Shown here one piece after another: positions 26,451 to 37,451 of a stretch of 64,000 bases of DNA. This DNA is from Vicugna vicugna (lineage: Eukaryota): positions 1-64,000 of the forward strand of contig MU060071.1 of assembly GCA_013265495.1 (NCBI GenBank), given 5' to 3'. Every line of letters starts with the position of its first letter. Positions within the stretch are counted from its first letter, which is position 1. Below the pieces are notes generated by a model. That model was not told where the DNA came from and did no database searches. It saw only the letters and a list, made by a program, of their open reading frames with translations. Both the position numbers and the translations under genes were made by a program.

Positions 26451-29400
26451 GTGGACACGCAAGAAGTTTTAGTTTTTGGTTCTTTGTCAGGGGCCTCCTG
26501 AAACCCAGTGACTTAACTTCGAAGTCCTTGAATTATGCGTTTGAAGAGGATGGAAATCTTTCTCTTTTGTAGGTGGCTATGGCTACTGGGCAGGTGTTGT
26601 TCCAGCGGTTTTTTTATACCAAGTCCTTTGTGAAGCATTCCATGGAGGTAGGGGCTTCCTCTTGTTGTTTCCCACAGAAATGTGTTGACGGAAAAGCTGG
26701 GGAGTTGTCTTGCCGGGTAGTTCAGAGGAAGGAGAACGTGGTCGCAGTGTTGTACTTGAGGGGTTGGGAAGTCTCCTGTGCTGTAGCGGGGTTTCTCCTA
26801 AGTGGCCTTTTTCTCAGGGTACACCTCCTCTTTGCCCTCAACCGACCTTCTTCAGCTGTTGGAGACTCGTGATTGGAAATGTCTGTATGTTGCATTGCTT
26901 ACGTTCCAGCACGTGTCGATGGCTTGTGTTCACCTGGCCTCCAAAATAGAAGAGGCTCCAAGACGGATTCGGGATGTCATCAATGTGTTTCATCGCCTTC
27001 GGCACCTGAGAGAGAAAAAGTGAGTCTTCAGGGCTGTCCTGAACACTCATCCCCTTGTTTTTACGGTTATTTAGTTACACTAATGTTCCTGAAACAAACT
27101 TAGGGGTGTGAAGTCTTAAACTTGTGCCCAGAGGAGGCCTGGTGCCTCGGGGGTGTCCAACAGACACTGTTTCATGAGTGAAGGGCCACGGGTAGCGGGA
27201 CAGGGTACTGTGTCTACAGTTTTGGTCTCCTGGCTTGCCCACGTCAGGCTCTGAATGCTCTCAAGCTGGGTTCTCAACCTCAGCACAGTTTATGTTTTGG
27301 GCTGGATGATTCTTTGTTGTGGGAACTGGCCTGTGTCTTGTAGGATGTTTAGAAGCCTCTTCGGCCTCCACAGTAGATGCTAACAGTTCCTCCCTCAGCT
27401 GTGACAGCCGGAAACTTCTCCAGACATCACTGTGTGGTCTTGGGACAGCAGAGTTGCCCTCTGTTGAGAACCACTGCCTGGACCTTGGCCTCGACTTTCC
27501 CATCCTAAAACTGACGGGAGTCCTTTGTAAAACACAGTCTCAGCTGCTTAAACGTTTTGTTTCCATTGCTTCTTTGTTTTTTTGTTCATCTGCAACACAT
27601 ACATATACTTTGAGCTGGCGAAGGACGTGTGGTCCTTATGCGATGAGGTTGGCAGACCCTCCCTGTGCTCTGTCCGTGTTTATCACCTATAAGCAGAGCA
27701 TGTGGGGATTGTGGAGACGGGCGAGTAGGTAGCTTAGGCTTGAGGAAGACTTTGCGGGTTTTGTTAGTTAGAGGAAGTGAGCTTCCTAAGTCCGTCTGTA
27801 CTGTGTTTATAGTTGGTTGTCACTGCTTGGGGGTAATCATGGGACTTAATGCACTGTTTCATTTAACCCTTATGCAGACCACGTGCTTTGTCTTTGTAGA
27901 AAGCCTGTGCCTCTGCTGTTAGATCAAGATTACGTTAACTTAAAGAATCAAATTATAAAGGCGGAAAGGCGGGTTCTCAAAGAGCTGGGTTTCTGTGTCC
28001 ACGTGAAGCACCCTCACAAGGTGGGTATGCAGCCCAGCTGCCACGTCAGCCCTCCTGAGTCCCTGCTCTATTCTTACGCAGATTAGAAACTGAAGAGGAC
28101 TGAATGTCCTTGACTTGGTTTTCCAGTTTATATTTCTCATCTGAAAATGACTGTTTGCTCATTAGCCTTCCTGTATCATGATAATTTTAATAGTTGTTTT
28201 TAAGAGTTTTGGGAATTACATTTTTTAAGTTTGAGCTTTCAGAAATAGTGATGAACCTGTAAAAATGCAGTCTGTCAGTTTACATTTTCTTTTCTCAACA
28301 GATAATTTTCTAAAGTAGCTTTAGTGTTAACTTTATTTCTTGTTATGGAAGAACTGGAGAATTCTGGGCCCTTTCATTTGGAAATGCACTAACATGGCGC
28401 TGCAGGCTGCTCTGGTTTAGAAGCATGCAGTGCCGCGTGTACCTTCCACGTTACACTCAGACACAGGGCTTGTTTTTTTTTAAAGAGTGCTATTTTCAAG
28501 TTTCCATCCCCCTTTTATTGGCGGTTTCCTCATATCTCTCTTGCTTGTGTGACTTTCTGGCATTAATTCAAATTCTTGGTAAATTACTCCCCATAGATTT
28601 AAGAGCTTTTTCTTCATTTGCTGAAAGTGTTTTCACACCATGTTTTGTTGGCGACTGGGGTACGGAAATGTTCAGGGCAGGCTAAGCTCCCTGGTGGAAA
28701 ATGTGTCGAAGACAAGAATGAGTATCAGCCGTGCACCGGCAGGACCAACTACGGTGCAGCTAGGTCCTCACGCGTTTTCGTGGTGCCTGGCTGCAAAAGC
28801 AGGTGGCAAGTGCGTCTGCAGAAACTGCCCTCCAGCCGAGCTGTGCAGCGGGCGTGTGACCAGGAGCCAGCCCTGGGATCTAGCCTGAGGCTCTTATTTG
28901 CTGCATGGACGCCCTCAAGATCTGAATTCTNNNNNNNNNNNNNNNNNNNNNNNNNNNNNNNNNNNNNNNNNNNNNNNNNNNNNNNNNNNNNNNNNNNNNN
29001 NNNNNNNNNNNNNNNNNNNNNNNNNNNNNNNNNNNNNNNNNNNNNNNNNNNNNNNNNNNNNNTTACGAGACCAGCAAGGGCAGTGCAGGAGTGTGTTGAT
29101 GCGAGGCGCTTGGGCAGGGGGTAGTCAGTCCCATGACGTGGTTGTGGGCTAGAGTTGTCCGAGTGCCCAGTGTTCCTGCCGGGTAAATTCCAACCAGCCT
29201 CCCAAATAACAGGCACTGGTGTAACGGTAAGGTGGCCCATCCCCTCCCCGACCCTCTGGGAGGGCGGTCAGTGGCTTCCCTTTGGGGGCCGTTGACTTGG
29301 CACCTTAGGGTCTTCCTTACAGGTGCCATCCTGGACTTAGTGGTTTCATATCTGCTGTGAAACTGCTTTTAACTGCTTCCATTAAAGAGAGTCCTGTGGG

Positions 29401-32400
29401 AGAAGGAGGGGTTATAAAGCTTCCCTGCAGTTTGGGGATTGATGGTAACAAAGCACATGCTAGAAAGGGGCCTGAAAGTGGCAGTTCAGTGCTGGGTGCT
29501 TTGTGAGTTTCCATGGAGTTAAGTCTGTGAGGGTCGTAGTTATGCTGCCTGAATTGTCTGGTGCTGTGCNNNNNNNNNNNNNNNNNNNNNNNNNNNNNNN
29601 NNNNNNNNNNNNNNNNNNNNNNNNNNNNNNNNNNNNNNNNNNNNNNNNNNNNNNNNNNNNNNNNNNNNNNNNNNNNNNNNNNNNNNNNNNNNNNNNNNNN
29701 NNNNNNNNNCCCAGTGCAGGCTCCACCGAAGGCCGGCTCTAGACGGTGGTGTGCGCGCGGCAGTGTAGTGCTGGCCGACTGCTGCCGTGGCTCTGACGGT
29801 TGTGCTTCTTGTTAACCTGTCGTGCTTTGGTAATTGTATGACTAGAGTGATAACTGTCTTGACTTGAATTTTGTCCTTTAAAACTGCCATACCTGTGCAA
29901 TAAAGATGCAATACCTTTGTCTTTAAAAAATAAAACAACAACAAAAACCTCTACAGAAAGCTGTACAAATTGGCTGATGGGAACTCAGAGTTTAGTATGG
30001 GAGGATATTATTATTTCTGGAAGTGCTAAAGTTACTCTTTCCAGCACCTAAGTGTTGACACATTCTAGTAAAAGGTGTGCATCTTTAAATAATTTCATGA
30101 CACTTTATTGTAACTTATTTCAAATATAGCAGTTAAGTATATGTTTTGAGGACTTTTTTTTTTAGAACCTGGAAGTTCTATTTGAGTGTTAAAAATATTT
30201 TTTTATTAGAACCCAAAAGTTACTGATGGTTATGTTTATATAAAATGTTTGAACTTGTTTACTTGCAACTCTCTGGGACATTTGGCCTTGGCACCATCAC
30301 ACTGGCTTTTCTTTGGTCACCTCTTGGTTCCTGGAGCAGAGCTTCAGAGCCAGGTGCTGCCAGTGGCATATGTAGAATTTATCACTGAGAAATCTCTCCT
30401 TGGGTTTGTACATCAGTTTATCTGGGATTTAGGGCAGAGATAACCGGGGGTTGGGGTGGGGGGGTTCAGTCAGATCCCAGCATGACATGGCTCACCTGGG
30501 GGTGTGCCTGTCACTGGGGTGTGTAAGCACTAGATATATGACCTATTCAGCTGTTTTCTTGTGGAATTGATCTTCTGTTTTTGCAATGTTGATAAAGTTA
30601 ATGAGAGATCTGATTTCGGTCTAGTAAATCTTAAAGAAATATATCTATATGAAAATGTTGAAAATGTAGCCAATTTTAAAACTCTTTAACTTTTTAAAAA
30701 ATGCAAGTGTTTTGTATTTTTGTATGTTTTAAAATACGATAAAGTTTTTAAAATGTACTGACTGTGATGAAACTTGTATTTTGTTCTTTTATCTGCTCTT
30801 ATGAATGTTCACTTTAAGACTCCTTGTTGAGATGGGACAATTTGGAAACAGTTCTTTCATAACCCTGAGAAGAGGGTTTCCCTCTGGGCATTGAGCCCTC
30901 CTCTGCAGACGCTCCCGTGCACCCACGGGCGTTTTCCCTTTGCGAGTGGACTCCGTGTGGAAGAAGGCGGCCAGGCTGTGAACACCTCTTCAAGGAAAAG
31001 GACACAAGAGGACCTCTTGGCTCAGAAAGGCCCTCGCAGGCTTTGTGCTCAGCCCATTCTTTTGAGTTTGCATGTTTCTCTGCACTACGGATTTTGAGCA
31101 TTTAAGGCTCCTTAATCAAACACGTTGAACTGCCACAGTAGACATCTTTCTGAGGCACTGACTTTTGCATGAGAGCAGGCTAGAGGTTGAGAGGGAAAAG
31201 TAAAGTTAAACTCGGTTCTCTTTTATAGCAACACGTGTTGTTTGACATTCAGCCAGCTTTTAAAATTTTTTTCAGTAATTTCCCTGTCCTCCTGTCCTGT
31301 ATTCAGAAAAAGCAGCTGGACTGTTTCTCCATGAACTTGTGAGGTTCCCAGGACTGTCTAGCTTTAAGGCCTGGCAGTAGACTACGTAGGGGAGTAGTGA
31401 CTTTATGTAGATGATGCAGATGGGTATCGTGGGCTGCCCTGGGGTGTTGCAATTCTTCCTGCGTTTGGTTTTCAGGAATTACATGAATGACAGCCTGCGC
31501 ACAGATGTTTTTGTGAGGTTTCAGCCTGAGAGCATCGCCTGTGCCTGCATTTATCTCGCCGCCCGGACGCTGGAGGTCAGTGGGCCACCATGGGGGGTTC
31601 CAGTCTGCTGCTTTCACTAGCCTCCAGTAAACTTTCATGTCATGTACTCCAAATCAGGCTTCTTGGTGCCAACAAGAAGCCTCCTTGTTGGTGTCCAGCA
31701 GGCTTGTGTTGTAGCACCCTGAGAATTTTGTTGGCGTTGAAGGAGAGTATCACAGTGGTATTTGTCTTTACAGATCCCTCTGCCCAATCGTCCCCATTGG
31801 TTCCTTTTGTTTGGAGCAACTGAAGAAGAAATTCAAGAAATCTGCTTGAAAATCCTGCAGCTCTATACTCGCAAGAAGGTTCTGGTTTTTTTTTTTTTCA
31901 TGTAGTATGTTGGTTGTGTTTGACTAGAGGCATCCGGTTCTGAACTGCGGGCTCTGGCTTTCCCAGGTTGACCTGACACACCTGGAGGGTGAGGTGGAGA
32001 AGCGCAGGCATGCCCTCGACGAGGCCAAGGCACAGGCCAAGGGCCTCCTCCCCGGCGGCGCCCAGGTGCTGGACAGCACGTCACGGTTCTCACCTGCCCC
32101 CAAGCTGGGTGAGTGTCGGGTATGAGTCTGCTCCCTGCGGGGGTGATCCTCTCCTTCAGATTCCTTTGGGAATCGCAGCTAATCTGAGCACTCTGCAGGC
32201 TCCAGCGTCCCCATGAGCGCATGGTGATGTTTGAAGTGAGGCAGGCGTTCCTGGAGAGTTGGTTTTTGTATTCATCAGGAAGGGATGTGAACAGGCTTTC
32301 TGCAATGCAGTTAGTTTGTGTTTTGCTGAAACTCTCATAAATCTGGGGCAGGAGATGGTGTCAGCTCCTAGAGTTAAGCGTGATGCCCGTCCCCGGTCCC

Positions 32401-33319
32401 TGAAGCGAGGCAAGCGAGGCCTGTGGCCTTTCTGTGTCCTGCGGTTCTGAGTCTGGGCTGGGAGCAGGGAGTCACAGTCAGCACAAGCCAGTCTTGCCTG
32501 GCTAGCCAGTTCCCACCAGAACAATTGTGTGATGGCCAGGTTGTAACTTATCGTGCTAATTCTAGCAGAGTCCCCCAAAGAGGGGAAAGGAAGCAAGCCT
32601 TCCCCGCTCTCTGTGAAGAATGCCAAGAGGAAAATGGAGGGGGTAAAGAAAGCCAAGGTGGATAGCCCAGTGAATGGGTGAGTACCCAAGTGCCCTGGTG
32701 GGCTGTTGGGCTGTTGGGCTGTTGGAGCGACCACGTCTGGAACTGCTCCTGCCCTGTTCGCAGCTTGCCGAAGGGGCACGGGAGTCGCAGTCGGAGCGGG
32801 AGTCATGAGCAGAGCTACTCGAGGTCCCCATCGCGATCTGCTTCTCCCAAGAGGAGGTGGGTGCTGCTGGGCTCACGGGGGTTGCTCCTGGAGGGAAGCT
32901 GTTTCCCTAGGAGGTGAGATTGTCAGGGCAGGGCTCACTGGCTTGACGGTACTCTCCTGCACAGGAAAAGTGACAGTGGCTCCACATCTGGTGGGTCCAA
33001 GTCACAGAGCCGCTCACGAAGCCGGAGTGACTCCCCACCGAGACAGGCACACCGAGGTGCTCCCTACAAAGGCTCCAAGGTGAGGAGCTACCGAAAGTCC
33101 AAGGACTGCAAGTACTCCGCCCAGAAGCCTCACGCATCTCGGAGCCGGAGCTCCTCCCGCTCCCGAAGCCGCTCACGGGAGCGGGCAGACAATTCAGGAA
33201 AGTACAAGAAGAAAAGTCACTACTGTAGGGATCAGCGGCGGGAGCGGTCCCGGTCTTATGAGCGTGCAGGCCGCCGCTACGAGCGGGACCACCCCGGGCA
33301 CAGCAGGCACCGCAGGTGA
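25852..33319 (+). CDS. CCNL2: Cyclin L2. CDS exons 25852-26163, 26573-26647, 26910-27019, 27900-28020, [exon 5 not visible, inferred in gap 28931-29062], 31476-31575, 31774-31878, 31967-32108, 32566-32677, 32764-32856, 32965-33319; ~529 aa
   Basis: Poly-Ala N-terminus, cyclin box ([18 protein letters not shown]...GILLRLPQ|[15 protein letters not shown]...|[19 protein letters not shown]...HVKHPHK ... [15 protein letters not shown]), C-terminal RS domain ending HSRHRR*. Phase mismatch between exons 4 and 6 requires a missing 3n+2-nt exon. Confidence 0.96.
27266..27476 (-). mobile_element. MER20 hAT-Charlie DNA transposon in CCNL2 intron 3
   Basis: gggttctcaacctcagcac...gattctttgttgtggg...gtaggatgtttag...ctccagacat...gttgagaaccactg with terminal inverted repeats. 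Confidence 0.8.
28931..29062. other. Assembly gap (132 N), probably hiding CCNL2 coding exon 5
   Basis: Run of N; no visible exon encoding the expected IIVMYLQVL...QTSW segment. Confidence 0.9.
29570..29709. other. Assembly gap (140 N) in CCNL2 intron 5 region
   Basis: Run of N. Confidence 0.99.
29899..29904 (+). terminator. Intronic polyadenylation signal in CCNL2 (candidate short-isoform end)
   Basis: gtgcAATAAAgatgc after a UTR-like block; recalled human CCNL2 short isoforms end in homologous sequence. Confidence 0.55.
30819..30862 (+). other. CCNL2: CCNL2 alternative (poison) exon, 5' part, with in-frame stop: ..[14 protein letters not shown]
   Basis: U-rich tract plus ttaag| acceptor; translation resembles the recalled human short-isoform tail DPLLKWDSWQRL*. 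3' end of the exon not determined. Confidence 0.65.
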
Positions 33320-33735
33320 GGCGTGGGGTCTTCACTGAGGGCTGCTCTCTGGCCCTCGGTATGCACACCTCGGCGTGACCGGCCCTGGGCCGCAACATCG
33401 TGGAAATGGTGTTGATGCTGGGCTTTGCGATGAACTTGGAGATGGAGTCAAGAGGCCGGCCGGGTGCCCTTTGGGTTGTCCTGGGCCCAGCCCACACCTG
33501 GTGGCAGCACAGCCCTGTGCCTGCGGAAGCCATGGCAGGTGCGCTCGTCCTGGTGGTGCGGCTTGGTGCTAATGAGACTGTCCCTTCACTCCCATACCAA
33601 GGCCCAATTACGTCAAACCGAGAAAATGACTTTCTGAACCTTTGCCTATATTAGGTTGTACCTACATTTGGACTTCGCAGTGTTTCACGGTGAGAAAACG
33701 GCCTTAACAGCCCCTTATTCTCTGTCCATGTTGTA

Positions 33736-33741
33736 AATAAA
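33736..33741 (+). terminator. CCNL2 polyadenylation signal (AATAAA); a distal ATTAAA lies at 34082-34087
   Basis: Canonical hexamer ~420 nt after the stop. Confidence 0.65.
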
Positions 33742-34565
33742 CGTGTTCAGTATGAGTTAAAGCTATATATGAAAACTCAGAACTTGAATTCTGTCAGCTT
33801 AAAACTTGTGTAGAGAATTCTTGATTTTTAAAATGTGAAGGTATTTAGATCTGTGTTGAAAGTCATATATTTTTATCTGTGTGATGCTGAGTGCAGGCCA
33901 CCAGCTCCTAAATAGAGAAGTTTCCTATATACGCATTTTCCGTGGTTGAAAAACACAATTCTCTCTACTCAGGACATTGGGAACGTTAAAGAATTTGTAG
34001 TCTGTGCTCTGCTTGCTTGTCACCGTGCACGGCCCGCGGTACCCGTTCTAGTGGTGCGTCTGCGCTGCCGCCTCTGATCTCATTAAAGTATTGGATTTTG
34101 TACTGAGTTCCATGCGCCTGCTCTTCTGTGAGGCTTGTGATGGGTCTGAGCTGTCTGCCTGTTCTGACAAAGGCTGCTGCCCTTGGGGTGAAGGGAGGGT
34201 TTGAAAAGGATCAGATGGTTCGGAGCCCCCTTGCGCCTGAGAGACATTGGTTTATAACCCATTGCAGGTGTCTGTCAGGCTGGCAGCATCCAGGAACAAG
34301 GCACCTGGAGGAGTGTCACCCCTGGAGGTGTCCTCCCTGGGAGTGGATTGGTGGTGCAGGTAGGCACGGTGGGCCTTGGGGCTGTTTCCTGGTCCTGCGT
34401 GGGTTCCATGCAGATCAAGGGCTGTTGGAGCCTCTGTCAGCTCTCCCCAGTACTTCTGTGCAGGTGGGAGGCATGGACTTCCTGATGCCAGTGTGCCTAG
34501 AGAAAGGTGCCTGAGGTCAGTACAGCCAGGATGTGAAACCGACAGGGTTAGCACCAAGGGTCCAC

Positions 34566-34707
34566 TTTTTTTTTAAACTTCCCTTACTTATATTTATTCT
34601 ATTTGGGGAGGGTAATTAGGTTTATTTATTTATTTTAGGTACTGGGGATTGAACCCAGGATCTGGTGCATGCTAAGCACGTGCTCTACCACTTGAGCTAT
34701 GCCCTCC
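34566..34707 (-). mobile_element. tRNA-derived SINE of camelid (Vic-1-like) type
   Basis: Minus strand GGAGGGCATAGCTCAAGTGGTAGAGCACGTGCTTAGCATGCACCAGATCCTGGGTTCAATCCCCAGTACC has A box (TAGCTCAAGTGG) and B box (GGTTCAATCCC), then an (AAAT)n tail, cctaattaccctcccc and poly(A). Confidence 0.8.
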
Positions 34708-34712
34708 TTGCA

Positions 34713-34803
34713 GGTGGCTCACTTTTTTTTTTTTTTGGCATCTTTAATACAGGTTTTTTTTTTAAACATTTTTTATTGATTTATAATCATTTGGTGGCTC
34801 ACT
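34713..34803 (-). mobile_element. 5'-truncated retro-insertion (probable L1 3' terminus) with 11-bp target-site duplication and two poly(A) tracts
   Basis: TSD ggtggctcact at 34713-34723 and 34793-34803. Minus-strand insert: aaatgattataaatcAATAAAaaatgttt-A10-cctgtATTAAAgatgcc-A13/14. Confidence 0.7.
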
Positions 34804-35379
34804 CTTAAGGACCAAACCATAAAAGCCTGGGGAGGCCATACAGCTGGAGTGAGAGGTGGGCTGTGGACATGTTCATAGACCTTCCTACCTGGGAGCCAGA
34901 AGCAATCCCTCCCACATTAGGGCATAGTGACAGTTGCAGACCTGGGCCTGGAGCCTGAAGTTTCTGCCCTCCCACTGGCCTATCCATCCCTTGCTTAGCC
35001 AGGTTGGGGCCTGGGGGTGGCCAGGCCTAGCCAATTCCTGCTAAGACTCACCGGAAGACCCTCCTACAGGGCAAGTCCCTGAGCAGAGCCAATGGGACTC
35101 TTCACACATCCCTCTCCTACCAGGCACCCCTGCTGGTCCACTCGGGATCTTGCCCATCCTAGCCAACCTCAGCGAGGACAAGGAGCCTTCTGGACTAGGC
35201 AGGTACCACGGTACTCTCTTAGCTCCCTACCCTGAGGAGCAACACTGGGTCTTAGGCAAACCCCATGCTCCACGCAGGCTGCTTTTGGTTTTTGGACAAA
35301 AACTTTCCACAGTCATAGGATAGAAACTTGTTTGCTTTAAGGAAGGAAAAAGAATCCATCTATGCAAAAGCGTCATTTT

Positions 35380-36400
35380 ATCTATCCCGCGCCAGATGCG
35401 GGGTCTCCTTCGCTTATCCGGACTGGCGGAGAGGAGGCTGCAAGACAAGGAGATGGGGCGACGGGTCCCGAGATCTCCCGAGTCCTCCCTGACGGCGCCC
35501 GGCTCTGCCGCCTACGCCTCGCACGGCACTCCTAGTGTCCAGGTTGGGGGACCCAGGGCCGACCCGCCGTCACTTGTCTGCCACCTTTCCTCCCATCCTC
35601 GGGAGGGGGGCCAGGGCGGAGGGAGGCCGGGCTTTGCGAGCACAGCAGCTGGTTGTCCTTTACCCGCTGCCCAAGGCGCAGTATCTCCGGCCACTTCCGT
35701 CGCCCCACGAACCCTATTTCCGGCGCCCTTATAACGTCCCTTCCGCAGACCCGAAACGCCACTTCCGGCCGTCTACGGGCCGCTGGCTTGTCGGGGAGCG
35801 ACGTGAGTTCGAACCACGAAGGCGCGGAGAGCGCCCCCTTGGGATTGTGGGAAATGTAGTTTTCTAGCCTTCCCAAGGGCCAGGCGGAGCTACCGAGCTG
35901 TGGGAGGGGTTGGGGTGGAGACGGGGCGGGCGGCTCCTCAGACGGAAACCATCGCTTTCTGAGCCCGGCGAGGTCTGCGCAGACTCGGAGCCAGGCGCCG
36001 TCGTGGCGCCAGGGGGCGCTGGGTGTAGGAACTTGCTGGCGGCGGAGTTGGGGGCGGTTTAGGGAAGGACCGGAAGTGCTGAGCACGGCGGCGGAATGGT
36101 CGGTTGAGTCGCCGGGCCGGGTTTCGGGAGAGTCTGCGTGAGGACGCGGAGCGCGGGCTCCAGGAGCAGCTGAGAAAGCAGCGGCCGGAAGGTGGGGGCG
36201 GCTCAGGGCTTGGGACCCGAGCTTGGACACCGCCCGCGCGGTGGACGCCTCAAGGTGAAGCTGAGGCTCAAGCCGTGCAGCTTGGGAGCGGCGGAGGCGG
36301 GGGTTTTGAGGGAGGGAGCCGTGCTCCAAGTAACGTCCTCATCTTAGGAGAAGGTGGTGAGGGTGATGGGATGCTGTAGTCGGGGGCGGGACCCGAGTCC
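35380..36400. promoter_or_regulatory. CpG island / AURKAIP1 promoter with ETS and ZNF143(SBS)-like motifs
   Basis: CCGGAAGT at 36070-36077, reverse ETS (cacttccgg) at ~35760, TGGGAAATGTAGTT at 35848-35861; candidate non-coding first-exon donor gtgagg at 36138. Confidence 0.75.
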
Positions 36401-36470
36401 CCAGGGTGACCTTGGCCGCACTTGTGTTCCAGCTCCTCTGAGCACCTTGGGCCGCTGCCACACACACACC

Positions 36471-37408
<938 letters not shown>

Positions 37409-37445
37409 GTCTAGTGTCTCTCCCCCGCCCGTTGCTGCCAACTGT

Positions 37446-37451
37446 AATAAA
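37446..37451 (+). terminator. AURKAIP1 polyadenylation signal (AATAAA)
   Basis: Canonical hexamer 37 nt after the stop (very short 3' UTR). Confidence 0.8.

Noticed and set aside
32699-32725. (GGGCTGTT)3 in CCNL2 intron 9
   Set aside because: Short simple repeat with no evidence of function.
34638-34707. tRNA gene-like sequence
   Set aside because: Followed by an AT-rich SINE body and poly(A), with no evident intact acceptor stem or Pol III terminator; a SINE head rather than a tRNA.
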